A DNA stretch of 64,000 nt from an uncultured Chloroflexia bacterium (GTDB taxonomy: Bacteria > Chloroflexota > Chloroflexia > Thermomicrobiales > UBA6265). Below the pieces are notes generated by a model. It made no database searches. It was not told the DNA's origin and saw only the letters and a program-made list of their open reading frames with translations. Below, piece after piece: positions 52,009 to 62,475 of this stretch. A program made the position numbers and the translations under genes. Position 1 is the stretch's first letter, and each line of letters opens with the position of its first letter. The stretch is taken from positions 104,346-168,345 of the forward strand of contig CAVVQC010000007.1 in NCBI GenBank assembly GCA_963750275.1. The letters are read 5' to 3'.

Positions 52009-53424
52009 CTACCTCGCGGCGGGTGTGATGTTCTTATTGAACCGGAAGACATTCTCCGGGTCGTATTGCGCCTTCACGCGCTGCAACCGGGACAGCAGCG
52101 CCGGCTCATAGGCCTGCCGTGCGGGATCGCTCACCTCGTCCTCGGTCATGAAATTCACATAATGACCAGACGAATAGGGCAGCATCGCGGCATGGTTCAA
52201 CTTCGCCCAGTCGATCAGCTCCGCATCCAGGGCCGGATCCTCCCACGATGCCTGGTAGTTCACCAGGAATTCGCGGCCCAGGTGACTGGTTGCCGTAGCT
52301 CCCGTGGCGCCCCGCTTGGCTGCCCCACCAAGATGCGGGAGCAGGATCGAAGAAATCGGCGAGGGAAAATCGGTCCCGTTCTCCAGGAGCGCGTGCTTCA
52401 CCCCATCGCTGAAATCGTCGAAATAGAGCGACTTCCAGTAATAGCGGCGGCCGAATGGCTGCCCGGAATCCAGAAATGCTTGATGCTCCCGATACGGCTT
52501 GGGTTTGATCGTGACCGCCAGCGGCGTGCCATAAGTCATGATCGGCGCCATCGCCTGCAGCCCCTCCTCGACCGGGCCCGCATACATGGCGGCAATACCG
52601 ACTACCGGCTTTCCATGCACCTCCACCGGCAGGAATGGAGCCGGAGGCGCGACCCGCATCACCAGTACATGCATGAGCTCGTCGGGAGCTGCGGCCGACT
52701 CCCGCGTGAAGAGATCCATGATCTCGGAAGCCATCTCCATCGGCCAAAGCACCATTCCGCCAGCCACTTCCGGGCCGAGCTTGAGTGGCTCGAACTCGAA
52801 CTGGGTGACTACGCCGAAGTTGCCGCCACCGCCGCGAATCGCCCAGAAGAGCTCTGGCTCGTTGTTCGCATCGATGGTCCGGATTTGGCCATCGGCGGTC
52901 ACGATTGTGGCGCCGGTCAACTGATCGGTGGTGTATCCCTCGGAGCGGGAGAGCCAGCCGAACCCGCCACCGAGTGTGAACCCGGCCACCCCGGTGGTCG
53001 AGACAATGCCGCCCGGCACGATGAGTCCATACGGTTCGAGCGCGGCGTCGACATCAGCCCAGATGGCCCCCGCCTGGACGACGACCCGATTGATCCCGGC
53101 GACGTATTCGACCGATCGCATGCGACTCATATTGATAGTCAGGCCGCCATCGACCAGTGCCGTTCCGGCAATATTGTGCCCGCCGCCGCGCACCGAGAAG
53201 GGCATCCCGGTTCGCACCGCGAAGCGCACCAGCTCGGCCACATCAGCATCCGATTCCGGCAACGCGATCAGCGCCGGCCGTGCCTCGATCATGGCGTTCC
53301 AGATCGTTCGGGCCTCCCCATACCCAGGATCGTCCTGGGTTAGGACGACGCCAGTCAGGCGACCGCGCAGCTCAGCCAGCGATTCGACAATACCTACATC
53401 CATTCGTTCAACAATTGCGCTCAT
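52009..53424 (-). CDS. FAD-linked oxidase (VAO/BBE family)
   Basis: WNAM, RGGGHN, LGGGFGWL, AIRGGGGNFGVV, YVNF, KAQYDPENVF. Confidence 0.93.
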   Translation of the reverse strand: MSAIVERMDVGIVESLAELRGRLTGVVLTQDDPGYGEARTIWNAMIEARPALIALPESDADVAELVRFAVRTGMPFSVRGGGHNIAGTALVDGGLTINMSRMRSVEYVAGINRVVVQAGAIWADVDAALEPYGLIVPGGIVSTTGVAGFTLGGGFGWLSRSEGYTTDQLTGATIVTADGQIRTIDANNEPELFWAIRGGGGNFGVVTQFEFEPLKLGPEVAGGMVLWPMEMASEIMDLFTRESAAAPDELMHVLVMRVAPPAPFLPVEVHGKPVVGIAAMYAGPVEEGLQAMAPIMTYGTPLAVTIKPKPYREHQAFLDSGQPFGRRYYWKSLYFDDFSDGVKHALLENGTDFPSPISSILLPHLGGAAKRGATGATATSHLGREFLVNYQASWEDPALDAELIDWAKLNHAAMLPYSSGHYVNFMTEDEVSDPARQAYEPALLSRLQRVKAQYDPENVFRFNKNITPAAR

Positions 53425-53666
53425 TTACTCTTCTCCTTAACGTTGTTACCGATAACAGGTTCGAACCTGAGTTCTCATTATGGAGACGCAAAGCGGGCAC
53501 ACAACTACAAAAACTAAAGCGCACGAATACGCGTATCTCTGTCAGAATCGGGAACAAGAATGGGATGCCCTGCGGCAAAACGTTCGCAATCTGCGGTTTC
53601 TGGCCCGTTTCACACGCAAATCGATCGCAGTTCGCCACATCACAGCAGCACGACCTACTAGGAGAA

Positions 53667-54401
53667 ATGGAGTTCCGTCCGATGCGAAATAAGGGATATG
53701 GTCAGTTTTGCCCCGTCTCCGTCGCTGCCGAGGTGCTTTCGGAGCGGTGGACCCTGCTGGTGCTCCGAGAATTACTCTCCGGCAGCACCCGTTTCAACGA
53801 TCTGCATCGCGGCGTACCGTTGATGTCCGCCTCATTGCTCTCGCAACGGCTGCGCGATCTCGAAGGAGCCGCGCTGATCGAGCGACGACCGCTGCCCACC
53901 AGTAAGGGGTATAGCTATCACTTGACGGAGTCGGGCAAGGCGCTCGATCCGATCATCACCGGTATCGGGCTTTGGGGCACGAAATACATGCGCACCCAGT
54001 ACTCGCCCGAGAATCTCGATCCCAGTTTGCTGATGTGGGACATGCGCCGCTGGATTCGTGGCGATCTCATGCCGCCGGGAAAGCACGTCATCCGGTTCGA
54101 TATCCCGGACGCGCCTGTGCAGAAACGGCGCTACTGGATGGTCAAGGAGGAGAGCGGGGACATCGATCTCTGCCTTTTCGATCCAGGGTTTCCGGTGAAT
54201 CTGGTGATTACCAGCGGCTTGGCCAACCTGACCCGGGTCTGGATGGGCAACATCGAAGTCGAAACGGCCGTGCGCACCCAGCAAATCGTGCTGGAAGGAG
54301 ATCAACAGGTCCGCATGAGCTTCTACGACTGGATCGGTCTCAACCCATTCGTTCATCTGGAAGCCGTGGGAGCGGAACCGGCACTCAAACAAACGGCCTG
54401 A
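53667..54401 (+). CDS. HxlR-family winged-helix regulator with C-terminal SCP2-like domain
   Basis: YGQFCPV, ERWTLL, RFNDL, LSQRL, LMWDMRR, DLCLFDPG; divergent from the oxidase. Confidence 0.9.
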   Translation: MEFRPMRNKGYGQFCPVSVAAEVLSERWTLLVLRELLSGSTRFNDLHRGVPLMSASLLSQRLRDLEGAALIERRPLPTSKGYSYHLTESGKALDPIITGIGLWGTKYMRTQYSPENLDPSLLMWDMRRWIRGDLMPPGKHVIRFDIPDAPVQKRRYWMVKEESGDIDLCLFDPGFPVNLVITSGLANLTRVWMGNIEVETAVRTQQIVLEGDQQVRMSFYDWIGLNPFVHLEAVGAEPALKQTA

Positions 54402-54672
54402 GCGTGCCTTCACACAACGGCCGCCCGCATCAGTTTCGGCTCAGCAACTTCAAAAGAGACACTCGCGTTACACGTTGCAACATGCTCAAAGACTTCGAAT
54501 CTCTCGAAACCGCCGTAATCCGAATGCCCGAATCGAATGTTGAGCCTGAGAGGCGTCTAACGCGCGACACCGTTGAAACATAAGTCCAGGTCAGCAGTCG
54601 AGGCGAGTCGCCTCTGAACTCCAGAGGGGAGTTCGTCGACCACGACCCACCTAAGTGGCAATCGAGTCCGCG

Positions 54673-55611
54673 CTAGCCTTCAGCTTCGATCACGATCTGC
54701 ACCGGGTTCACTCTGACCGCCCGGGTGGAGAGGATCCAGATCGAAACCAGCAGTAACGCACCACCGACGAGTCCCAGCAACCCGAGCCGCTCGTCGAAGA
54801 AGAACCATGCCAGCACCGAGGCGATCAGCGGCTCGATCAGCGTGACGATGGTTGCCATGGAGGCCGGGACATCGCGCAGCCCCCGTTGATAAAAGAAGTA
54901 AGCGACGAAGGACGGAACCGTTGCCAGGTAGACCAGCAACGCCCAGGCAGTCGGATCCGCATGCGGATGAAACCCGCGCGCGAACACAAACGGCGCCAGG
55001 ACGATCGCCCCGACCGAAAACCCGATTGCCAGCACGACCAGCGGATGAATCCGGCCGGCCACGCTCCGACTCCCCATGGCATGAAGGGCAATCCCAAGTG
55101 CGCATCCCAACGCGTAGAGCACACCATGCGTCCCGTTGCCACCCTCCATTTCCGGTGGGCGCCCGATCAGCAATCCGGTCCCGATCAACGCCCCCACCAA
55201 AGCAATGAGCTGCGGCCGGCTCAAAGGCTCTTTCAACACCAGCACCGAGAGAATGGCGACGATTACCGGTGCGCCGCAGAGCGAGATCAGCGTGGTAGCC
55301 GTCACACCGATCTGTTCGATCGCCGCCAGATAGAGCCATTGATAGAGGATGAGCGCAATGCCCAATCCGATCATCCGGAGCAAATCCGGGCGGGAAAAGC
55401 CCAATAGCTTGCGTCCGCCCGCCAGCCAGACCGCCACAATACAGATCGGGCTCGCGATCAGGGTGCGTATCCACGTCACCGAAACGGCATCGAGGGCGCT
55501 ATGCTCGAAGACGCCCTTCGAGGCCACACCGATCGTGCCCCACAGGATGCCGGTGCCGATGAGCAGCAACATGCCGGATGGACCGCGTCGTGTTTGACTG
55601 CTCGAATCCAT
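54673..55611 (-). CDS. DMT/EamA transporter
   Basis: Ten-TM pattern; LWGT, LKEP, LIEPL. Confidence 0.9.
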   Translation of the reverse strand: MDSSSQTRRGPSGMLLLIGTGILWGTIGVASKGVFEHSALDAVSVTWIRTLIASPICIVAVWLAGGRKLLGFSRPDLLRMIGLGIALILYQWLYLAAIEQIGVTATTLISLCGAPVIVAILSVLVLKEPLSRPQLIALVGALIGTGLLIGRPPEMEGGNGTHGVLYALGCALGIALHAMGSRSVAGRIHPLVVLAIGFSVGAIVLAPFVFARGFHPHADPTAWALLVYLATVPSFVAYFFYQRGLRDVPASMATIVTLIEPLIASVLAWFFFDERLGLLGLVGGALLLVSIWILSTRAVRVNPVQIVIEAEG

Positions 55612-55810
55612 CCCCGTCCAACCCTAGCCACGTCTCCATGCAAGCGCGTGATTCTATACCCGTCTGTTGCTCTGGTGGGCGGCCCAATGCCGTGATGGAA
55701 ATTGACAAAGCACGAGCGGCGAAGGAAAGTTGCTCAACGGCACTGTTCCCTGTCGTCACAGCACGGGTGCCTACCGTACTTCAGTCCCACTACCGAGGGG
55801 AAAGCCCGCT

Positions 55811-56650
55811 ATGAAACGACTCGTCACCCTGCTGTTCACACTGCTCTTCTTCGCGCTCCCGGTTGCCGGTGCCGCTCAGGACGCCACGCCGCTGGCTAGC
55901 CCGGAAGCCGTCGGTTCTCCGGAAGCTGTTGGAGGCACGCAAGCGACTATCTTCGTACGCGAGAGCGGCACGCTGGGTCGCTATTTCTCGTCACCCGCCG
56001 GCGACACGCTCTATGTCACGGATGGCGACACGGTTCCCAACCAAAGCCTGTGCGTGGGAGATTGCGCGGTGGCCTGGATTCCTTTCTCAGCCAGCGAACC
56101 GCTTTCTCTCCCATCCGACCTGACCGGCGAGCTCACCCTGTTCGACCGTGAGGATGGCACCACCCAGCTCGCCTACAACGGCATGCCGCTCTATACCTAT
56201 AACGTCGATACTTCACCGGGCGACACCTTCGGCGCCGGAGTCGGCGGGGTCTGGTGGCTGGCATCTCCCGGCGATCAGCTCGGTGTTCCCGCCACCCCGG
56301 TGGCTCCCACCGCAATCGACATGGGTACTCCCCGCGCCGGCGGCCGGGTAACCGTCTCCATGCGCGAGTTCTACATCCAATCGGCGGCGGTTACCTTCAC
56401 TACCGATGTGGAATACACCTTCAACGTCACGAATCTCGGCACCAGTGAGCACCAGTTCATGGTGGAGCCAGCCGGCTCCCAGGGCGCGCCGATCTCCTCG
56501 GATGCCGGTGAAGCGGAAATCCTGACCATTGCTCCGGGCGAAACGGTAACCCTGGCGGTCACCTTCACAGAAACCGGCAATTTCCAGCTCGCCTCACACG
56601 CCAACACCGATTACGAACAGGGCATGGCACTCGACATTACCGTGATCTAG
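55811..56650 (+). CDS. Secreted COG4315 (lipoprotein_15-repeat) protein fused to a cupredoxin-like domain
   Basis: GDTLY...CVGDCAVAW, QLAYNGMPLY, GVGGVW; C-terminal TNLG..HQF, PGET, QGM. Confidence 0.78.
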   Translation: MKRLVTLLFTLLFFALPVAGAAQDATPLASPEAVGSPEAVGGTQATIFVRESGTLGRYFSSPAGDTLYVTDGDTVPNQSLCVGDCAVAWIPFSASEPLSLPSDLTGELTLFDREDGTTQLAYNGMPLYTYNVDTSPGDTFGAGVGGVWWLASPGDQLGVPATPVAPTAIDMGTPRAGGRVTVSMREFYIQSAAVTFTTDVEYTFNVTNLGTSEHQFMVEPAGSQGAPISSDAGEAEILTIAPGETVTLAVTFTETGNFQLASHANTDYEQGMALDITVI

Positions 56651-56750
56651 CGATTCCGCCATGTGGCGGAAGAGGCTAGGATCTCCGTGCGCACGTTTCG
56701 CCGGTATCAGCGCATCTCGTTTCCAACTCGTCGTATCTTCCGGAGGTTCC

Positions 56751-57951
56751 ATGCTCAGCGACGCAACCATGGCATATGGCGAGCAGCTCGCCACCGCGCT
56801 CCTCGGACTCGATAAGCTCTACGCCGACGAGCAGGGAATAACCGACGACGACGATGACAACCATATCGAGCGTCTTGGTCGTGCTCAATATGTCCAAATC
56901 CCACCAGCCAGAAGACTTCTCCGACTATGCGCATGCCATCGACCGCTTCCAGACCCTGCAAGCGGAAGCTGCCGGACTGGCCGAGCCCGATCGGCAGGTC
57001 TACTACGACGAAACCTGCGCCAGCGCGGTCGCGTTTGCTACCTGGCGTTCCAGCGGACTCGACTTCAAGGATCAGCTCACCCGATTTCTGCATATTCCCG
57101 CCGAACCCGCCCCTGATGCCGAACTGCGCGTGATGCGCGATCTCCTGACCCAGGAGCTCACTGCGCTTGGGTACGCCGGCGATCTGGAAACCCAGGTCGG
57201 TCTCTGGCAAGACACCCATCGGGTTGCCCCGGAGGACGTCAAGACCGTGCTCGACGAGCTTCTCGATGAAGCCTGGGATCTCACCGAACAGAAAATGGAA
57301 ATCCCTGCCGACAAGAGCGACGGCATGCAGGTCGAGATCGTCCGCGACGTTCCGTACAACGCCATGTGCGACTACAAGCACCGGTTGATCCGACTCAATG
57401 TCGATCCCGTGCTGACCAAACCCGGCCTGCGACACCTGGCCGTGCATGAGGCGTACCCGGGCCACTACGTGCAGTTCAAACGCCGCGAAGTCGCCTACGC
57501 GAACGGAGAAGGTCCGGCTGACAACCTGCTTTCGGTGGTCAATACCGCCAGCTCATCCCCGTTCGAGGGGATCGCCGACACCGGTCTCGATGTCATCGGC
57601 TGGCAGGACGATCCGGACGACCGTGTCCTCGGCCTGCTCACGCGCTACAACTCTGGCATCGGCACCCGGGCCGCCTGGCATATGCATGCCGACGGATGGT
57701 CGACCGAAGCCGTGCGCGAGGAGATGCTGCGCGACAGTCTCTCGGGCGGCGACGGCTGGGTCGATTCCCGCATCGGCTTTATCTCCCGCCCCGACCGCGC
57801 GGCGCTCATCTGGTCGTACTGGAAAGGCGATCCCGGTGTGCGCATGGTCTGGGACCGCTTCAAAGGCATCCCCTCCGAGGAGACCCGCTACTTCGACTGG
57901 ATCTACCAGCGCATGCACTCGCTCAAAAGCATCCAGATGCTTGGGGCGTAA
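56751..57951 (+). CDS. DUF885-like metalloprotein, frameshifted near 56880
   Basis: GGAGG RBS and ATG 56751 (MLSDATMAY...HIERLG) continuing in another frame; HEAYPGH and FEG motifs. Confidence 0.65.
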
Positions 57952-57997
57952 GCGAGCCAGAAGCCTTTGTTGGTGTCCCCTCCTGAACGATCACGTC

Positions 57998-58028
57998 GAA
58001 AAGCCGCGTCTCCGGGCGCGGCTTTTCC
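57998..58028. terminator. Bidirectional-type terminator
   Basis: GAAAAGCCGCGTC-tccg-GGCGCGGCTTTTC. Confidence 0.7.
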
Positions 58029-58245
58029 ACATCCTTCGGTATTCACCTCTGACAGACAAATGAGCTCGTCACCAGGGATATCGCGTTCTGCCGGACATCC
58101 CCGTCCTCACTACGAAACGGAGATGTTGCTTCGCACAGAACGATCCAACTTCCCGTACAGTGCCGCGAGAGTGAAACTCCTGTTCGATCGGTCGATGTAG
58201 TCAGAGCAGCACGGCGATACGACTTCGCCGCGGGAGGAGTGTTCG

Positions 58246-59094
58246 ATGAAACGTTGGATGGTACTTGCGTTAGCGGCCACGCTGGTTGGCACAATGTTCG
58301 CCGGATGGAACCCAACAGTCGCCCAGGAAACAGCGACCACCGTCAACGTGGCGGAAACCCCCGAGCTGGGTCAATTTTTCACCGATGCCGACGGGCGCAC
58401 CCTCTATCTCTGGACCGTAGACACCGTCGCCGGTGCCAGCAATTGCTATGGACCTTGCGTCGATAACTGGCCAATCTTCACTGCAGAGGAGCCACTGTCC
58501 TTGCCCGACGGCGTCGATGGCACCCTGACACGCTTCGAACGCACCGACGGCAGTACGCAAGTTGCTTACAACGGGATCCCGCTCTATTACTTTGCCGGTG
58601 ACAAAGTTGCCGGTGACGCTAACGGCCAATGGGTGGGAGATTCGTGGTTCGTCGTTGCACCCGGTGAGCAGTTCGGGACCGCAGCCGCCATGGTTGCGAC
58701 TGCCGTCACCACCCCGGTGACCGCGACCACTCTGGTGATCGCGTCCGATCCCACATTGGGAAATTATTTCACCGATCCTGAAGGCCGTACCGTCTATCTC
58801 TTCACCAAGGACACCGAGCTCTACGTCAGCTCGTGTACCGGCGACTGTCTGGCGAACTGGCCCCCGGTTCCCGCGCCAGCCGGACGGCTCACCTTGCCGA
58901 GCAACGGCCTCGGCGAGCTAGCGCCGATCGATGGCGCCGACGGCAGCAAGCAACTCGCTTACAACGGCATCCCGCTTTACTACTTTGCCGGCGACACCGC
59001 CCCCGGCCAGCTCAATGGTCAAGGCGTTGGCGGCGTCTGGTGGATCGTCAAACCCGGCGCCCAGCTCGGCGCTGCTACCCCAACTTCGAGTTAA
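58246..59094 (+). CDS. Secreted COG4315 protein with tandem duplicated domains
   Basis: GGAGG RBS; two copies of GRT(L/V)Y..CxGxCxxNWP..Q(V/L)AYNGIPLYYFAGD..NGQ. Confidence 0.85.
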   Translation: MKRWMVLALAATLVGTMFAGWNPTVAQETATTVNVAETPELGQFFTDADGRTLYLWTVDTVAGASNCYGPCVDNWPIFTAEEPLSLPDGVDGTLTRFERTDGSTQVAYNGIPLYYFAGDKVAGDANGQWVGDSWFVVAPGEQFGTAAAMVATAVTTPVTATTLVIASDPTLGNYFTDPEGRTVYLFTKDTELYVSSCTGDCLANWPPVPAPAGRLTLPSNGLGELAPIDGADGSKQLAYNGIPLYYFAGDTAPGQLNGQGVGGVWWIVKPGAQLGAATPTSS

Positions 59095-59367
59095 GGCAGC
59101 GCCTGATCGACTGCCTTTTTCTGCCAGTACTGGCGAGCGCATCCATTTCTCAGAGTTGGACCGCTCGTTCAGTGCTCCCCCTCACTTGTGGATTCGAACG
59201 GTTGGAGCGTCGCACTGCCGCAACGGCTCAACGATCTGGCGTTCAAAGTGGTCTATACCGGGGCTTGATACTCTTTCGCGGCGCTTGGACAGTTGGCTGA
59301 AGTCGCCAAAGCCAGGCTTTCATCCTAAAGCCGCCAACTGCCTTCTCGCTTCCGAGTGAACAATGTG

Positions 59368-59399
59368 AGACGCGCCCTCCAGATTTGCAGGGCGCGTCT
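59368..59399. terminator. Hairpin between convergent genes
   Basis: AGACGCGCCCT...AGGGCGCGTCT. Confidence 0.55.
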
Positions 59400-59445
59400 T
59401 AGATTCTGGAGAGGACCTATCGTTCGAGTCGGCCGTAGCGCCTGA

Positions 59446-59655
59446 CTACAGGTCGCTCGAGTTTCGCCGATCTTCAGACCAGTTCATGAACCAGAAGAAG
59501 AGGACGATGCCGCCAACGCCTGCTCCGACAAGCGCAACCGCACTGCCGATTAGCTCGAAGCCGAGCTTCCAGATGACCCAGCCAATTGCAAAACCGCCAA
59601 TGGCCCCCAGGAGCACACAGGCAATCCAGGCCAGGATAAGCTTCCAACCTTCCAT
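59446..59655 (-). CDS. Small Gly-rich two-TM membrane protein
   Basis: GGAG RBS; MEGWKLILAWIACVLLGAIGG... Confidence 0.7.
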   Translation of the reverse strand: MEGWKLILAWIACVLLGAIGGFAIGWVIWKLGFELIGSAVALVGAGVGGIVLFFWFMNWSEDRRNSSDL

Positions 59656-59931
59656 CGATCCGTCTCCAGTTCCGCGATTCGATAATCCGTTCGGAACGGA
59701 ACAGCACGAGAGCACCGCACCATCGACTCCGTTCGGGTCAAACGATGCACCGATCTCATGAGACCGTCACGGGGCATTATGCCCCCATTCAAGACTCAAT
59801 CTTGTGACCGGTGAAAGCTATCCCTCGAACGTTGCAAAGATCGTTCCCAACGGCCGAGGAGTCGGAGTTCGCACCGAGCCGGTCGTTCGCATTGGTGATC
59901 GCACGAAGCTTCCAGCACCGAGAGTCGTCAG

Positions 59932-61077
59932 CTACTGCTCGAACGTCGCGACCTTCGACCCCAGTTCTTCGAACGTCTTCCAGTCGAACTCGACCCCGCT
60001 GCCAACGGCGTCGGTCAAGGTGAAGATACCGTTCGGCGCGGAAAGCGGCTCCAGGGTCAAGTCTCGTTCGAAGTACGGCCCACCCGGTGAGAAGTGATCG
60101 CCCGGCAGATCAATGCAATCGAGTCCATTGAAGTTCAGGTTCATCGCCTTGCCCCAGGCGGAATCGAGCATCCCCCCGATCCAGGTTCGCACCTGCTGAT
60201 CGTTACAGGCATTGGCGATCTCGATTGCTTCGGAGAAGCCGGAAACCCGCGGTGGCTTGATATTGATGATCAACCGGTCCAGGATCTCGTTCCGCTGCCA
60301 GAGATGCATGGCAGCCTGAGCATCACGGAGCGAATGCACGCTCTCGTCCAGGCAGACCGGCGTTTTCAATTCTGCGGCGATCTCGCTATGCAGCACGATG
60401 TCATCGTCGAAAAGCGGTTGCTCGATCAGCAGGAGCTCGAGATCGTCGAGCGCTTTCAAGTCGGACCAGGTATCGAGGGTGTACGCCGAATTGGCATCGA
60501 CTTGCAGCAGAATATCCGGATACGCCTTCCGGAGCGCTGCCGCGGGCTCCGCATCGAATCCGGGCCAAATCTTCACTTTGAGCCGCTGGTAGCCGAGCCC
60601 AACGGCTTTTTCCGCTCGGGTCAGCACATCCTCGACCGTATTCCCACCAATGCTCACACCCACCGGGAACTGGCGCTCGCGGCCGCCCCACAGTTTCCAA
60701 AGCGGTTGCTCCCGCTGCTGCGCCTCGATATCCCAGAAGGCGGCCTCCACTCCGCTTTTTGCGAACCCGGCCCCCTTGATCCATTCGTAGCTGGCGCACA
60801 AATCGTCGACCGTACCGATCGAGCCGATCTCCTTTTGCCGTTTGAACACGGCCGGCACGACAAAGGTCTGCAAGGACGTCATCACCGCGTAGGGGTCGCA
60901 TTCCGCCTTATAGGCCGGATCGCTCAGGGTCGGCACTTCGCCAACCCCGGTCAAACCGTCGGTCGTTCGCACAATCACGAAGGGCCGGTCGAGCTGGCGA
61001 TAGGTGCCAAACGAGGTGGTGAACGGCGACCGCAACGTCAGCGGCACGCTCCAGAGCTCAATCGATTGGATCTTCAT
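59932..61077 (-). CDS. menC: o-succinylbenzoate synthase / N-succinylamino acid racemase (enolase superfamily)
   Basis: PFTTSFG, RLKVKI, VDANSAY, IEQP, CLDES, INIKP, IGGM, LPGD. Confidence 0.85.
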   Translation of the reverse strand: MKIQSIELWSVPLTLRSPFTTSFGTYRQLDRPFVIVRTTDGLTGVGEVPTLSDPAYKAECDPYAVMTSLQTFVVPAVFKRQKEIGSIGTVDDLCASYEWIKGAGFAKSGVEAAFWDIEAQQREQPLWKLWGGRERQFPVGVSIGGNTVEDVLTRAEKAVGLGYQRLKVKIWPGFDAEPAAALRKAYPDILLQVDANSAYTLDTWSDLKALDDLELLLIEQPLFDDDIVLHSEIAAELKTPVCLDESVHSLRDAQAAMHLWQRNEILDRLIINIKPPRVSGFSEAIEIANACNDQQVRTWIGGMLDSAWGKAMNLNFNGLDCIDLPGDHFSPGGPYFERDLTLEPLSAPNGIFTLTDAVGSGVEFDWKTFEELGSKVATFEQ

Positions 61078-62138
61078 GATTGGTTGTCTTTCCGTTCCAG
61101 CAAGAAGAGACTCTCGCGGTTGCCAAACTCGTCCAGCTCGGTTGCGAATCCGGTGACATCATACGGCCCGTCGATCACGCTCTTTCGAATCGCAATCGGA
61201 CCTTCTTTGGCGACATCTTCACCCACGATCGCCGCACGTCGGGTAATCAGCACGCCAAGCACCTCGCGCATCTCGTTGCGCCAATCGACTGCACGCTGCG
61301 GATCGACCCGCAAAAGCTGATCGATATCGCCCGGCACGCGGTAAACCACCTGCTTCGGTAGCTCCTGGCGCAATCGAGCCGCATTTTCCCCCGTCGCTTC
61401 CGGCAATCCTGTCAGATCGACCGGTCGGCGCGGGCGGTACTCCCGATCGAACACCTGCTGCAATCGCTGGTGCACGTCGCTGGAGCGCAAGTCCCACATA
61501 TTCGTGAAGCGATCGGTGGGCACATTGCCGTAGAGCGTGCTGCGCATCACGCCATATTTGTCGATGGTCAGGTTTACGGCCGTAGCCGCCAGTTTTTCCT
61601 GGTTGAGGCGGGCATTCGCGCCGCGCATGGGGTCGACCGTCCAGGTCATCTCGTCGAACCCTTCCTGCAGTGCGAGATACCCTTGCAGCACCTTCAGATA
61701 CCACCCGAGATCGATACCACTGCGGTACTCCGACCGCACCCCCAGCATGTGGGAATACATCGGGCCATGCTTGGTTCCGATCCCAAAAGCGAATCCGAGC
61801 CAACCCTCAGCATTGAATCCCTTTTCGAGCTGATAGGCGACCAGGAGCGAGGCGCCCGTATCTTCGATGATCGAGAGAATGTTGACTGGCACCGCCTCCT
61901 CCGGCGGAAACCCCCAAACCTCCTGCTGCAATTGCACCACCAGCTCGAGCGCGTTGCTGACCGAACTCTCCTGGTCGTCCAGCCAGAAACTGGTCGCCTG
62001 GTTATGTGCCCAGTCGAGCGAGGCAAACGCGATCCTTCCCGTCTGGGGAAAATCGACGGTCCAGCCATCCTTGTACGCGCTGAACCCGAACCGCTCCGGC
62101 GCGAATGCGGCCAGTGATTCTTCCCGTGATCGTCTCAT
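61074..62138 (-). CDS. GNAT N-acyl(succinyl)transferase associated with NSAR/OSBS
   Basis: LQQEVWG, YSHMLGV, LKVLQ, WTVDPM, NARLN, YG...PTDRF; coupled ATGA to menC. Confidence 0.82.
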   Translation of the reverse strand: MRRSREESLAAFAPERFGFSAYKDGWTVDFPQTGRIAFASLDWAHNQATSFWLDDQESSVSNALELVVQLQQEVWGFPPEEAVPVNILSIIEDTGASLLVAYQLEKGFNAEGWLGFAFGIGTKHGPMYSHMLGVRSEYRSGIDLGWYLKVLQGYLALQEGFDEMTWTVDPMRGANARLNQEKLAATAVNLTIDKYGVMRSTLYGNVPTDRFTNMWDLRSSDVHQRLQQVFDREYRPRRPVDLTGLPEATGENAARLRQELPKQVVYRVPGDIDQLLRVDPQRAVDWRNEMREVLGVLITRRAAIVGEDVAKEGPIAIRKSVIDGPYDVTGFATELDEFGNRESLFLLERKDNQS

Positions 62139-62475
62139 GCCGTCAATGCCGCTTCCCCTTCAAAATCGGAATTCCTCGGGAAGTCTATCGGCAGCGGCCT
62201 TCCCCGGCGTCCGGGTCATGCACGCACGGCAGGTTCGCGAATTCACCGAATCTTCAGCATCAAATCACGGTGCCATCAGCTTCGAGCCTTACAACTAGAA
62301 CATGACCTGCTGAACGGCAGGCAATCGCACCGAATCGAAAGGCTTTTATCGACATTCTCCCACTCTTCTCCCATTCCCTTCCTCCTTCCAAATGACCGGA
62401 GCGACCCCATGCGCTTCGGTCATTTTTTTGTCCTCCGCCGATGCTCCATCAGAACTCCGTCCTAGCACAACAAGG

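Noticed and set aside
51868-53343. Long antisense ORFs (also 28879-30318, 46948-48273, 60094-61320, 11071-12087)
   Set aside because: Shadows of well-supported genes caused by high-GC codon bias; no motifs or RBS
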